Origin: Thermoanaerobaculia bacterium
GTDB lineage: Bacteria; Acidobacteriota; Thermoanaerobaculia; UBA5066
Assembly: GCA_038245905.1 (NCBI GenBank)
Contig: JBBRRY010000020.1
Coordinates: 1 to 64,000, forward strand
Reading direction: 5' to 3'
Length of the DNA stretch: 64,000 nt
Part shown: positions 1 through 10,858 of the stretch, piece after piece
Layout of the letters: each line of letters begins with the position of its first letter
How positions within the stretch are numbered: the stretch's first letter is position 1
Notes under the pieces: generated by a model
What the model was told of the DNA's origin: nothing
Seen by the model: the letters and a program-made list of their open reading frames with translations, nothing else
The model's database searches: none
Position numbers and translations under genes: made by a program

Positions 1-156
1 ATGGACACGATCGACCGTCTGCCGCATACGGGCGACAAGGGCGTCTACCTGAAGCAGCAGCTCAAGGACAAGCTGATCGAGCACAAGCAGTACATCGACA
101 AATACGGCGAGGACATGCCGGAGATCCGCAACTGGAAGTGGAGCAGTGCGTCATGA
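1..156 (+). CDS. xfp: phosphoketolase (XFP family), C-terminal fragment; 5' end lies outside the window
   Basis: Frame 1 reads MDTIDRLPHTGDKGVYLKQQLKDKLIEHKQYIDKYGEDMPEIRNWKWSSAS*, the typical XFP C-terminus (EH..YI...G.D.PEIRNWKW). Its stop overlaps the fba start (ATGA). Confidence 0.88.
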   Translation: MDTIDRLPHTGDKGVYLKQQLKDKLIEHKQYIDKYGEDMPEIRNWKWSSAS

Positions 157-1214
157 ACGAGCTCGATCTTCGGGCCACGGCCAGCGCGCTGGTCGCCGGC
201 GACAAGGGCCTGCTCGCGATGGACGAGAGCACGGGCACCTGCGACAAGCGCTTCGCCGAGGCGGGCATTCCGCAGACCGAGGACGCGCGGCGCGCCTACC
301 GGGACATGCTCGTGACGACGCCGGATCTGGGCTCGTGCATCAGCGGCGCGATCCTCTATGACGAAACGATCCGGCAGCGGACGAAGGACGGCATTCCTTT
401 CGTCAAGGTCCTCGTCGATGCGGGCATCGTGCCCGGCATCAAGGTCGACATCGGCGCCAAGCCCCTCGCCGGTCATCCCGGCGAACGGATTACGGAAGGC
501 CTGGACGGATTGCGCCTGCGCCTCCAGACGTACGGGGAGATGGGCGCCCGCTTCGCCAAGTGGCGCGCGGTGATTGCTATCGGCGACGGTATCCCGAGCC
601 GTGGTTGCATCGGGGCCAATGCGCACGCGCTGGCGCGCTATGCCGCGTTGTGCCAGGAAGCGGGACTCGTCCCCATCGTCGAGCCCGAGGTGCTCATGAC
701 GGGCGACCACACGCTGGAGCGCTGTAGCATCGTCACGGAGGAGGTGCTGCGGCGCGTGTTCGATCAGATCGCGGTCCAGGGCGTGGTGCTGGAGGCGATG
801 ATCCTGAAGCCCAACATGGTGCTGCCGGGATTGACGTCCGCCACGCAAGAGAGCGCGGATAGGATCGCTGACGCCACCGTACGCAGTCTCCTGCGCGTTG
901 TCCCTGCCGCCGTCCCGGGGATTGCGTTCCTGTCCGGCGGCCAGTCCGGCAAGCTGGCCACGGCCCGTTTGAACGCCATGCACGTCAGATTCAAGGCGCC
1001 GGTGGCGGCGCTACCGTGGGCGTTGACGTTCTCGTTTAGCCGCGCCCTCCAGCGTCCCGCGTTGCAAATATGGGGTGGCGACGATACGCATCGCGTGCCG
1101 GCGCAGCAGGCGTTACTGCATCGCGCCAGGTGCAATCGGGCGGCGCTGCGTGGCGAATACGACGCCACCATGGAACGGAACGACCCGCCGAAGGCGGAGC
1201 CGGTGGGACGATGA
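153..1214 (+). CDS. fba: fructose-bisphosphate aldolase class I
   Basis: Motifs KGLLAMDES, GIKVD, FAKWRAV, VPIVEPEV, LKPNMV, FLSGGQS, LTFSFSRALQ. ATG at 153 is coupled to the xfp stop. Confidence 0.95.
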   Translation: MNELDLRATASALVAGDKGLLAMDESTGTCDKRFAEAGIPQTEDARRAYRDMLVTTPDLGSCISGAILYDETIRQRTKDGIPFVKVLVDAGIVPGIKVDIGAKPLAGHPGERITEGLDGLRLRLQTYGEMGARFAKWRAVIAIGDGIPSRGCIGANAHALARYAALCQEAGLVPIVEPEVLMTGDHTLERCSIVTEEVLRRVFDQIAVQGVVLEAMILKPNMVLPGLTSATQESADRIADATVRSLLRVVPAAVPGIAFLSGGQSGKLATARLNAMHVRFKAPVAALPWALTFSFSRALQRPALQIWGGDDTHRVPAQQALLHRARCNRAALRGEYDATMERNDPPKAEPVGR

Positions 1215-1251
1215 AGCCCGAGCCGGTGCTGGCGACGCCAAGAAGGAACCC

Positions 1252-2001
1252 ATGCAGCAGTTGATCGCTGGAAACTGGAAGATGCACGGCGAGTTGCGGC
1301 ACCTGGGCGAGATCGAGGCTATCGCCGCCTCTGTGAAGGCGACGCCGCCGCCGGTCGACGTGCTGATCTGCCCACCGGCGACGCTGCTCGCACGCGCGGT
1401 GCAGACGGTGGCAGGCCGCATCGCCATCGGCGGGCAGGATTGCCACACGGACATCGCCGGCGCGTTCACGGGCGACGTGAGCGCGGAGATGTTGAGAGAT
1501 GCGGGCGCCTCCGCCGTCATTGTCGGCCATTCCGAACGCCGCCAGCATCACGGCGAGACCGATGCCATGGTGGCGGCAAAGGCGAACGCCGCGCGGCGCG
1601 CGGGGCTTCTGGCTATCATCTGCATCGGCGAGACGGACGCGCAGCGAAAGGACGGCAAGGCGTTGTCCGTGTGCGGCGATCAGATCGCCGGGAGCGTACC
1701 CGAAGGGATCGCCTCCGTCGCGATCGCCTATGAGCCGCTCTGGGCGATCGGCAGCGGCCGCACGCCGACCTCGCAGGAGATCGCGGATATGCACGGGCAC
1801 ATCCGTCAGTCCTTGGCGACGCGTCTGGGCGCCACCAGTCGAACCTTGCGCATCCTCTACGGTGGATCGGTCAACCCCTCCAACGCGCGCGACATCCTCT
1901 CGCTGCCGGAGGTGGGCGGCGTGCTGGTCGGTGGCGCGAGCCTGAAGGCGGCCGACTTCGAAGGCATTCTGCGAGCGGGTGGAGCACCGGAGTCATGGTG
2001 A
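1252..2001 (+). CDS. tpiA: triosephosphate isomerase
   Basis: Motifs IAGNWKM, GAFTGDVS, VGHSERR, IAYEPLWAIG, LYGGSV, LVGGASL. GAAGGA SD precedes ATG 1252. Confidence 0.96.
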   Translation: MQQLIAGNWKMHGELRHLGEIEAIAASVKATPPPVDVLICPPATLLARAVQTVAGRIAIGGQDCHTDIAGAFTGDVSAEMLRDAGASAVIVGHSERRQHHGETDAMVAAKANAARRAGLLAIICIGETDAQRKDGKALSVCGDQIAGSVPEGIASVAIAYEPLWAIGSGRTPTSQEIADMHGHIRQSLATRLGATSRTLRILYGGSVNPSNARDILSLPEVGGVLVGGASLKAADFEGILRAGGAPESW

Positions 2002-2282
2002 CGCGCGTGGGAATCGCGGCGGATAGAGGAGGCTTCACCGTGCTCGCGCTGGAGGTGATCGCCATGTTTCTGGACGCTGACTTCATCGGCGCCCCGCGTC
2101 ACGGATGAAATAGGCGTGCTGGTGTTGCTAGCGCAGGGGAGCCGCCCTTCAATCTGGTGGCAGAAGGATCGCGCCACGAGAGCGACATGCGTCGCCATCG
2201 CGCTCTGGGTAATACTGTTGGCGGCTGTGGTCGGCATGATTGTACTGTTGCGTACGAATGGATCGGACGTTCGAAAGGACTC

Positions 2283-3581
2283 GTGAGTCTCTTTTCACTT
2301 CTCAGTCTCGTAATCTCGCTCGCGGCGCTCTCGAGCTATCTCAACTATCGCTATGTCAAGTTGCCGACGACCATCGGCGTGACGCTCATGGCGCTCGTCG
2401 CCTCGCTCACGCTGGTGCTCGCAGGGCCATACGCCGCGGGGTTCCGCGAGCACGCGGCAACCGTCGTATCGCGAATCGACTTCAACGAGGTCGTCTTGCA
2501 CGGTCTCCTTGCGTTTCTGCTTTTCGCCGGCTCGATACACGTGAAGCTGGATGCGCTTCGACGTGAATGGCTGACCATTTCGTTGCTCGCCGTGGTCGGA
2601 ACACTCGTGTCCACAGGCTTCGTGGGCGGTCTGACCTGGCTGGTCCTCGGTTGGCTCGGTCTCGGTATTCCATTTCTGCAGGCGCTCTTGTTCGGCGCTC
2701 TGATCTCGCCGACCGACCCCATCGCCGTGTTGGGCATCATGAGGTCCGTCGGTGCGTCCCCGCAGCTCGAAGTGCAGGTAGCCGGTGAGTCTTTGTTCAA
2801 CGACGGGCTGGGCGTCGTCATCTTTCTGTTTCTTCTACGCCTTTCAGGCGGCGGCGGGGTTGCCGGGAGCGTCGCCATCGCGTCCCTCTCGACGTATGTC
2901 CATACGGTCGGGATGCTTCTGCTCAAGGACGTCGGGGGCGCCCTGGTGCTGGGCATCGCAGCCGGCCTCCTGACCTACCATATGCTCAAGCGCGTCGACG
3001 ACTACCAGGTCGAGGTTCTGCTCACTCTCTCTCTGGCCATGGGGCTTTACGCCCTGGTCGACTCCCTGCACTTGTCCGCGCCGCTCGCCGTCGTGGTGGC
3101 TGGGCTCTTCGTGGGCAACCGGGGACGAGCTTTCGCCATGACGGAGAAGACGCGTGAACACGTCGACACCTTTTGGGAGCTTGTCGACGAGATCCTCAAC
3201 GTGGTTCTTTTTCTCTTGATCGGGCTGGAGCTTCTCGTGCTGCCCATCGAACGCGGATGGCTGGTGGCCGGACTTCTTGCGATACCGATTGTTCTGTCGG
3301 CACGCTGGTTGAGCGTCGCGGGAATCGTCGGGCCCCTCCGCCGTATAACATCCCAGTCGAAGGGGGCGATTTCCGTCCTGACCTGGGGCGGATTGCGCGG
3401 AGGCATTTCGGTAGCGATGGCGCTCTCCTTACCGGCCAGCGACTCGCGCAGTCTCATCCTAACCCTGACCTACTTCGTGGTTGTGTTTTCGATCGTCGTC
3501 CAGGGCTTGACGCTGGGCCGAGTCGTTCGGTCGACCAGTGGCTCGACGGTGACGGCGCCGGACTCGCCTGGACTTCGATGA
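2283..3581 (+). CDS. CPA1-family Na+/H+ antiporter (NhaP-like)
   Basis: Multi-TM protein with motifs ISPTDPIAV, GESLFNDG, WGGLRGGIS. GTG start follows an AAGGA SD. Confidence 0.92.
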   Translation: MSLFSLLSLVISLAALSSYLNYRYVKLPTTIGVTLMALVASLTLVLAGPYAAGFREHAATVVSRIDFNEVVLHGLLAFLLFAGSIHVKLDALRREWLTISLLAVVGTLVSTGFVGGLTWLVLGWLGLGIPFLQALLFGALISPTDPIAVLGIMRSVGASPQLEVQVAGESLFNDGLGVVIFLFLLRLSGGGGVAGSVAIASLSTYVHTVGMLLLKDVGGALVLGIAAGLLTYHMLKRVDDYQVEVLLTLSLAMGLYALVDSLHLSAPLAVVVAGLFVGNRGRAFAMTEKTREHVDTFWELVDEILNVVLFLLIGLELLVLPIERGWLVAGLLAIPIVLSARWLSVAGIVGPLRRITSQSKGAISVLTWGGLRGGISVAMALSLPASDSRSLILTLTYFVVVFSIVVQGLTLGRVVRSTSGSTVTAPDSPGLR

Positions 3582-3653
3582 CGCGGTGCGCATGCCGCAG
3601 AACCCAAGCCGTAAACCGCCTCCTACAGCACGGCCATGGCCGCGGGGATCAAG

Positions 3654-4375
3654 ATGAAAAGCGATTCAAGGAACTTCCGCGTCGGGCCCAGAGAAACGGT
3701 CAAGCTCAACAAGCGGCCGACCCACATCCGGCGCATCTGGAAATCGAAGAAGCAGTACCACAAGCTTCTGGAAGAGAACGTAGAGTCGTTGAGCGCGCTC
3801 CAGCGGATGCACTACGCCCCCGCCCGTTATGCGCTGCTTCTCATCGTTCAGGGGATGGATGCGGCCGGCAAGGACGGCGCCATCCGGCACGTGATGTCCG
3901 GCGTCAATCCTCAGGGCTGCGAGGTCTCCAGCTTTAAAGAGCCCAGCGCTGAGGAATTGAAGCACGATTTCCTGTGGCGCACGACCTGTCGTCTGCCGGA
4001 ACGCGGGCGGATCGGCATCTTCAATCGTTCCTACTATGCGGAGGTCCTCATCGTCCGCGTACACCCGGCGATTCTCCATGCCCAGGGCATTCCCCCCGAA
4101 CTGCTTGACGAGAGACGCATCTGGCGGGAGCGGTATCGCTCCATCGTGGACCTCGAGGAGCATCTCCACCGGAACGGCACCCGGATCGTCAAGGTGTTCC
4201 TCCACCTGTCGAAGAACGAACAGCGAAAGCGGTTTCTCGAGCGAGTCGATCGGCCGGACAAGAACTGGAAGTTCAGCCGCTCGGACATCCACGAGCGGCA
4301 CACATGGCGTATCCGAAAACGAGTGACCAGCGCCGGAAGGAATTGCACGCGATCCGGAAACAGCTCACCCGCACC
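3654..4375 (+). pseudogene. ppk2: polyphosphate kinase 2 (PPK2) with an internal deletion and frameshift
   Basis: Motifs [40 protein letters not shown]. The expected Y..AYE/APWYVVPAD segment is absent, and the C-terminal MAYPKT...RKEL..IRK appears in another frame from 4304. Confidence 0.8.
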
Positions 4376-4429
4376 ACCCAGGGTCATCCCGCCACCGCAG
4401 AACCAGGGCACGTCGGCTCCCGGAGCCTC

Positions 4430-5030
4430 TCAACTGGCCAGCACCTCGTAACCGGAAACGACGTCGAAGAGCTCCTCGTCGATGCTTCCCTGGCGCACGC
4501 GATGAAACGTGCCGCGGAGGGTCTCGAGCAAGTCGGCGATGTTCCTGTCGGCGCGCTCCGTCGCCGAGAGTCGGCTCGCGTTCTCGCTCGCGAGGGACTC
4601 CGCACACGCCCTGAAGAGCGAGATGAACAGATACTCGCGAATGAGCGCACGCAGAGTCGCGGTGCCATCTCCCATGATCTCGGGCAAGCGACCATCCGGC
4701 CACTCGACGGCCACGAGTCCCGCCTGCCATTGCGCGTCGAGCGGCAGCAAGCGCTGGCTGACCGGCTCGTAAAGTGCGCCAGACCGTGGCCGGTTGTAGA
4801 AAACGTAGAGGGACCCGTACCCCCCCCGAGTCTGCTGCGTCTCGCTTTCGACCTGAATCCGCCCGACGAGCGGAGCAATGGCGTCGATGGAGCCTTGGCA
4901 CGAGGAAGAAGCCCTTTGGCGACAGGCCGCCTTCCACGAGCCGTCCCTGCACCCTCTCACCGACGGCCCAGACTTCGGCTTTCCCCGGCAGGGCGGCCAG
5001 CGCCGTGATCGCAAACCCGGCGAGCTCACT
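4430..5030 (-). pseudogene. atpG: F1 ATP synthase gamma subunit remnant (N-ATPase/alternate type), 5'-truncated and frameshifted
   Basis: C-terminus LIREYLFISLFRACAESLASENASRL...[17 protein letters not shown]. The upstream segment EVWAVGERVQGRL lies in a different frame. The N-terminal helix and other atp genes are absent. Confidence 0.8.
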
Positions 5031-5202
5031 CCGGGGAGCCACAACCCGGAGCCAGGCGTCTCTGGACCCTGGAAGCTGAGAAGGCCGGCGGTATTTCTCG
5101 TTCGGGGGATGCCGGACACCTAGAATCCGCCTAGGTTCGATTGAGACTCGGTTCGATTGTCTGGAAACTGGTTACTTCGCGCGTCCCATTAAGGCGGATC
5201 GC

Positions 5203-8166
5203 ATGAAAAAGTGCTCGCGTGCTTTCACCGGTGACGGGGGCCCGGGGTTCGTTCTCGGGGCCGTACTCCTCGTCTCATGCCTGCCGGGGCTCGCCCAGAC
5301 GACCGGAAACATAGGCGGGAAGGTCGTCGACACCGCAAACGGGCCCCTTCCCGGAGCGACCATGGAGGCGCGCTCGCCCGCCCTTCAGGGCTCCCGGCGG
5401 ACAACGAGCGATGCCGCCGGCAATTTCCACTTCCCTTTGCTCCCTCCCGGCACATACGTCGTGTCCGCGAGGCTCGGTGGGTTCAAGGACGCCCAGCAGC
5501 TGGGCGTACGCGTCGACCTGGGGGGGGCCGCGCGGGTGCCGATGACACTCGTCCTCGCCGCGGCTGCGGCGGTCGAAGTTTCCGGCGAGGTTCCGCTCAT
5601 CGACACCTCCAGCACCCGGATCGGCGTTTCGATGAATGCGAACGTGATCTCCCGCCTGCCGCTCGGGCGGAACTACGCGTCGGTCACGACCACGGTTGCG
5701 GGGACCGGCCAGGACGCGGTGGGGTTCACGATTTACGGTGCGACGGGGCTCGAGAACCAGTACCTCATCGACGGGATCAACACGACGGGCGTGCGCTTCG
5801 GAAACCAGGGCAAGTCCCTGAACGCCGAGTTCATTCAGGAGGTCGAGGTCAGGACCGGCGGCTACGAGGCCGAGTTCGGCCAGGTGATCGGCGGGAACAT
5901 CAACGTCGTCACGAAGTCGGGAGGGAACGAGTTTCACGGCGGCGTGTTCGGGTACTACGACGGCGCCGCGCTCGCCTCCTCGAGTAAGCACACCGACGAG
6001 CTCGCCGCGCTGAACCAGACGCTGCCGAACCCGCCCCGGCGCGTCGACGCGGGGATCGACCTCGGAGGCTACTTTCTCAAGGACCGGCTTTGGTTCTTCG
6101 GTGCCTTCGACCGCGTCCTGAGCGACGAGGACTACAGCAGGGTCGAGAGCCTCACCTTCCCCGCGTCGGGTCCGCCGACCAGCAACTACAAGAGCGGCAC
6201 GGACGGGAGCCGGACGAACCTCTTCTCGGGGAAGGTGACGTTCCTCGCCGGCCCCTCGCATACTCTGAACGTTTCCGTCTTCGGGGACCCCGGAACGTAC
6301 ACGGGCCGCCGCAACTACACGGATCAGCCGCTATACCTATCCTCGGATCCGGGCCCGGACTCCGCGACCCTCGTGAACAGGGAGAGCGGCGGGACGGACG
6401 TTTCCGCGAAGTGGGACGGGCTCTTTGGCCCGCACTTCGCCGTCCAGCTCCAGTACGGCCATCACGCGGAGAAGACGGGGGTCACGAGCGACTATCCGGA
6501 CGCGCTCTCGATACTGCAGTATCGCGGTCAGTTCACTCAATACCTGCCCGGATCTTCCCCGGCGCGCCTCGAAGACGACACGTACCGCCGGAACATGTAC
6601 AAGGGCACCGGGTCCGCCTTCCTCAGCGACCACGAGATCAGGGCCGGCTTTTTCTATGAGAAGCTCAACTCCAGCCGGTCAGTGAGGTTCGGAGGCGGCG
6701 AGTCCATTGCCCAGTACCTCGATGATTCGGGCGCCTTCGAGTATGCGAGCCACGGGTACTACGCCGCCGTCCCGCTCAACTGCACGATGCGGCAGGACGG
6801 CTCGAATGGGAACTTCGGATTCGTCGACCCCACCACTTGCAAGGCCTGGCAGAAGTCCGCCGTCGCGAGCACAAATCCGAAGACGAGCAACCTCGCCGCC
6901 TTCGCACAGGACTCGTGGCGCGTCGCGGGGAACCTCACGATCAACGCCGGGATCCGCTACGAGGAGCAGCGTCTTTACGGCGCAACGGGCGATGTCGCGA
7001 TCAACCTGAAGGGGGAGTGGTCGCCGCGCTTCGGGGCCGTCTGGGATCCCCTCCGGAACGGGCGGTCGAAAGTCTTCGCGTCTTACGGGCGCTATTACCA
7101 GACGATCCCGCAGGACATCCAGGTCCGGGCCCTCGGGAACGAGAACATTGTCTTTGCGTACAACTACACCCCCGACCGCTCCGACACGGTCGGCTACCCG
7201 TTTCCCTACGTCTCCGTGGGCGACTACGTTCCACCGGGCTTGAAGGGGATGTATCAGGACGAAGTGATCGCAGGCGCCGAATTCGAGTTCGCGCGGAACT
7301 GGTCGATCGGACTCAAGGGGATCTACCGGGCCCTCGGCCGCGTCCTCGAGGACCGGTGCGACCTGACCGACCCGCGCGTGGACATCGGCGGCCTCGTTCC
7401 GCCTGGAACGATCGCGACCTGCGCCGTGGTGAATGTCGGCGAGGGAGATCTCGGCCGGATCCTCGACCCGACGAATCCCGACTGCTTCTCGGACCATCCG
7501 AAGAACACGCAGCCCGCGCCCTGCGAATCCGTGAGGGCGCGCCGGTATTTCCGCGGGCTCCAGCTCGACCTGAACCACCGCTTCGCCGACCGCTACTACC
7601 TTCATGCGAGCTACCTCTACTCGAAGCTGGAAGGCAACTACGATGGGCTCGTGAACCAGACTACCGGACTGACTCTCCCGGGAGAAAATCTCGACTTCGA
7701 CTATATCGACGTCGTCCCGAACATCTCCGGCCGCCTTTCCCTGGACCGGAGGCACCAGTTCAAGCTCTCGGGGTCGTACGCGTTCCCGTTCGGACTCCAA
7801 ATCGGCATCAACTCGTTCGTTTCCTCGGGGGCGCCTCTTTCTCTCCTCGGCTACGCGCGGCCCGGATATCCTGTTCAGCGCTTTCTGGTGCCGCGTGGGA
7901 CGTACGGCGAGCTGCCGTGGGCATACAACGTCGACCTGCACCTCGAATATCCGGTGAGGCTCGGCGCGTTGTCGATCGTGCCGATCGTGGACATCTTCAA
8001 CCTGACGAATGTCCAGCGGGTCACCGCCGTCGACGAGGTCTACAACTACTTGGCGAGCGGCAACCAGAGCCCGCCGTACACGAACTCGCCCAACCCGTAC
8101 TTCGGCAAGGCGACGGCATGGCAGAAGCCGCGCCTCATCCGTGTCGGGGCACGGATCTCGTTCTGA
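5203..8166 (+). CDS. TonB-dependent outer-membrane receptor (Oar-like) with N-terminal carboxypeptidase-regulatory-like domain
   Basis: Signal peptide ending AQTTG; plug motifs ENQYLIDG, IQEVEVRTGGYEAEFG, NVVTKSGGNEFHG; SPRFGAVWD; C-terminal PRLIRVGARISF (terminal Phe). Confidence 0.92.
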   Translation: MKKCSRAFTGDGGPGFVLGAVLLVSCLPGLAQTTGNIGGKVVDTANGPLPGATMEARSPALQGSRRTTSDAAGNFHFPLLPPGTYVVSARLGGFKDAQQLGVRVDLGGAARVPMTLVLAAAAAVEVSGEVPLIDTSSTRIGVSMNANVISRLPLGRNYASVTTTVAGTGQDAVGFTIYGATGLENQYLIDGINTTGVRFGNQGKSLNAEFIQEVEVRTGGYEAEFGQVIGGNINVVTKSGGNEFHGGVFGYYDGAALASSSKHTDELAALNQTLPNPPRRVDAGIDLGGYFLKDRLWFFGAFDRVLSDEDYSRVESLTFPASGPPTSNYKSGTDGSRTNLFSGKVTFLAGPSHTLNVSVFGDPGTYTGRRNYTDQPLYLSSDPGPDSATLVNRESGGTDVSAKWDGLFGPHFAVQLQYGHHAEKTGVTSDYPDALSILQYRGQFTQYLPGSSPARLEDDTYRRNMYKGTGSAFLSDHEIRAGFFYEKLNSSRSVRFGGGESIAQYLDDSGAFEYASHGYYAAVPLNCTMRQDGSNGNFGFVDPTTCKAWQKSAVASTNPKTSNLAAFAQDSWRVAGNLTINAGIRYEEQRLYGATGDVAINLKGEWSPRFGAVWDPLRNGRSKVFASYGRYYQTIPQDIQVRALGNENIVFAYNYTPDRSDTVGYPFPYVSVGDYVPPGLKGMYQDEVIAGAEFEFARNWSIGLKGIYRALGRVLEDRCDLTDPRVDIGGLVPPGTIATCAVVNVGEGDLGRILDPTNPDCFSDHPKNTQPAPCESVRARRYFRGLQLDLNHRFADRYYLHASYLYSKLEGNYDGLVNQTTGLTLPGENLDFDYIDVVPNISGRLSLDRRHQFKLSGSYAFPFGLQIGINSFVSSGAPLSLLGYARPGYPVQRFLVPRGTYGELPWAYNVDLHLEYPVRLGALSIVPIVDIFNLTNVQRVTAVDEVYNYLASGNQSPPYTNSPNPYFGKATAWQKPRLIRVGARISF

Positions 8167-8260
8167 GTCCCGACCGCCTGAAGCGCGGCCTGTTTGGCTG
8201 CCGCCGTCCGCTCTTGGCAGTGAGAGTCGGCCGGTCGGCCATAATCTTGGTCCGAACGAA

Positions 8261-10858
8261 ATGAGCCTATCCGCCGGTGCCCAGCTCGGACCGTACGAAA
8301 TCCTTTCGCTGCTCGGCGCGGGAGGCATGGGTGAGGTCTACCGGGCGAGGGACACGAAGCTCGAGCGCGACGTGGCACTGAAGGTCCTTCCCGAGGGGTT
8401 CTTCGAGGATCCGGACCGGGTCGAGCGCTTCAAGCGTGAAGCGAAGCTCCTCGCGGCCCTGAATCATCCGAACATCGCGACGATCCACGCCTTCGAGGAG
8501 GTGTCCGGCCGCCATTTCCTCGTCATGGAGTTCGTCGATGGGCAGGCCCTCGGAAAGCTCATTCGGTCTGGGGATCTCACGCTGCGTACGTCGCTTGCGA
8601 TCGCACGAGACATCGCCTCGGCTCTCGCGGCGGCACATGCCAAGGGCGTCGTCCACCGCGACCTCAAGCCCGGAAACGTCATGGTGTCGAAAGAGGGGAC
8701 GGTCAAGCTGCTGGACTTCGGCCTCGCGAAGGCGCTTCTTGATGAAGTTTCTTCTTCGAAGCTCTCCCTTTCACCCACGGAGTCCGTTGGAACCGCCGAG
8801 GGCATCGTTCTCGGGACCGCGGCATACATGTCTCCCGAGCAGGCGCGAGGGGAGAAGGTGGACGCGCGGACGGACGTGTGGGCGTTCGGGGTCGTGCTGT
8901 TCGAGATGCTCACGGGCAAGAGACTGTTCCGGGGCCCGAGCACGGCCGACATGCTCGCGGCGGTGCTGCGCGAGCCGATCGACCTCGGGCAGCTCCCGTC
9001 GTCGACGCCCCTGCCCGCGCGGCACGTTCTCGACCGCTGCCTCGAGCGGGACCTCGGCAAGCGGCTTTCGGAGATCGGGAAGGCGAAGCAGGAGCTGGAA
9101 CGGGCGAGCGCGCAGGCCGGCGCGAAGCAATTGCGCCGGCGCTCCGCAGGGGCCGTACTCGCCGTGGTCCTCGCCGCCGCCGCGGCCGTCGTTCTTTTTG
9201 CGGCTCGTGGACCGTGGCGGTGGACCCGGCGGCAGAAGATGCCTGCGGCTCCGGCCGAAACCAGACACACTCAACTGACTTTCACGGGAGACGTGGAAAA
9301 CGTTGCGCTCTCGCCCGACGGCCGGACGATCGCCTACGCGGCGGGCGACCAGGATAGGAAGGTGCGGGTGTTGGTCCGTGATCTTGGCGCCGGACAGCCG
9401 GTGCAGGTCTGGGAGGGCGCGTCCGTTTGGGACATGAGGTGGACACCGGATGGACTCTACGTGCTGGTGTCCGGGAGACAGTTCGCGGGGCAGGACCCGT
9501 CTATTCAGCTCGTGCCGCGCCTTGGTGGCGCCACCCGACTGGTGCCCGCGACGCCGTCGTCCATCGGGTCCCTTGCGGTCTCCCCGGACGGTACGCGCGT
9601 AGCGACAGCCAACGCGATATCCGGCGGCGTGGAGATCGTGAGTATCGAGTCGGGAAAGCGGGAGCACATACCGCTCCCCGACGCCCAGTACACCTGGGCG
9701 CTCGACTGGAGTCCAGTTAGCAACAGGTTGTCTGTCTTCTCCTATGACAAGAACAACCACCCAAACGTTTCTGTCGTCCTGCCAGACGGGAAGGGCTTGC
9801 GAAGCGTCTACACCGGGCTGGAGAGGCTGACGGGTGGGTGCTGGTCTCAGAGCGAGGATGTCCTATACCTCGAGCGCCTTCGCGACGAGTCCATCGATCT
9901 CCTGCGTCTTTCAACAGCAGACGGCGACGCCGCGCTTCCGGTCGTGCTCTTGAGTGCACTGCCGTCGGCTTACCGCTGCCAGATCTCAGCGGATGGACAG
10001 CGCCTAATTCACACCCGGGTGAACAGCGAGGCGAACCTGTCCCACGTCGACCTCGAGGCGCGCGGAGGCGCGCCGGTCGGCCTCACGCACGGAACGTGGA
10101 AGCTCGAGATCCCGCGCGTCTCGCCGGACGGGCGCTGGATATCGGCCACACGAGGCAAGGAGATCGTCAGGTTCCCGATCGGCGGCGGCGAGCCGGTCGT
10201 CCTAACGAGCGGACACTACGCCAGCTGGTCGCCCGACGGGCGAAGGCTCGCATTCGCATCCGACCGTGGCGGCAAATGGCGTCCATGGGTCGCCGGTGCC
10301 GATGGTCAGCAGGCGCGAGAGATTCCGGGGGCGGACGCCCTCGCCGACCAGGACGTGAGGTGGTTTTCCGACGAACGGCTCGCCTGGCACACGCCGGATG
10401 ACCGTGATTACAGGATCCGTGATCTGAAGAGCGGCGTCGAAGAATCCCTGGTAAAGGACCCTTCGGCTGGATTCGTCTTCTTCCCCTGTCTCTCGCCGAA
10501 AGGCGATCAGATAGCGGTCTTCTGGAATCGCACGCCTGGTTTCAAGGCTGGGCTCTGGGTGATCTCCTGGCCCGCGCGTGCCGAGCGCCTCGTGGCGCCT
10601 GACCTGATGCCGTTCGGCTGGTCGGCGGATGGAAAGTGGATTTACGCGTTCAATCAGAAAGACGACGCGATCGTGCGTGCCGCCTCCGAAAGCGGAAAGG
10701 TTGAAACGATCGCGCGCAGAGCCCCGGGAGCGCCGAGTTTCACCTCGTGCGGTCTGACGCCAGACACGCGATCTGCAGTCTGCGCGGAGACAACCTACAA
10801 GACGGACGTCTGGATGATCGAGCACTTCGATCCGCTCGTCGCGCGGCCGAAACGCTGA
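8261..10858 (+). CDS. Ser/Thr protein kinase with TM helix and TolB/WD40-like beta-propeller
   Basis: Kinase motifs [31 protein letters not shown]; hydrophobic TM; repeated SPDG motifs. Confidence 0.93.
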   Translation: MSLSAGAQLGPYEILSLLGAGGMGEVYRARDTKLERDVALKVLPEGFFEDPDRVERFKREAKLLAALNHPNIATIHAFEEVSGRHFLVMEFVDGQALGKLIRSGDLTLRTSLAIARDIASALAAAHAKGVVHRDLKPGNVMVSKEGTVKLLDFGLAKALLDEVSSSKLSLSPTESVGTAEGIVLGTAAYMSPEQARGEKVDARTDVWAFGVVLFEMLTGKRLFRGPSTADMLAAVLREPIDLGQLPSSTPLPARHVLDRCLERDLGKRLSEIGKAKQELERASAQAGAKQLRRRSAGAVLAVVLAAAAAVVLFAARGPWRWTRRQKMPAAPAETRHTQLTFTGDVENVALSPDGRTIAYAAGDQDRKVRVLVRDLGAGQPVQVWEGASVWDMRWTPDGLYVLVSGRQFAGQDPSIQLVPRLGGATRLVPATPSSIGSLAVSPDGTRVATANAISGGVEIVSIESGKREHIPLPDAQYTWALDWSPVSNRLSVFSYDKNNHPNVSVVLPDGKGLRSVYTGLERLTGGCWSQSEDVLYLERLRDESIDLLRLSTADGDAALPVVLLSALPSAYRCQISADGQRLIHTRVNSEANLSHVDLEARGGAPVGLTHGTWKLEIPRVSPDGRWISATRGKEIVRFPIGGGEPVVLTSGHYASWSPDGRRLAFASDRGGKWRPWVAGADGQQAREIPGADALADQDVRWFSDERLAWHTPDDRDYRIRDLKSGVEESLVKDPSAGFVFFPCLSPKGDQIAVFWNRTPGFKAGLWVISWPARAERLVAPDLMPFGWSADGKWIYAFNQKDDAIVRAASESGKVETIARRAPGAPSFTSCGLTPDTRSAVCAETTYKTDVWMIEHFDPLVARPKR

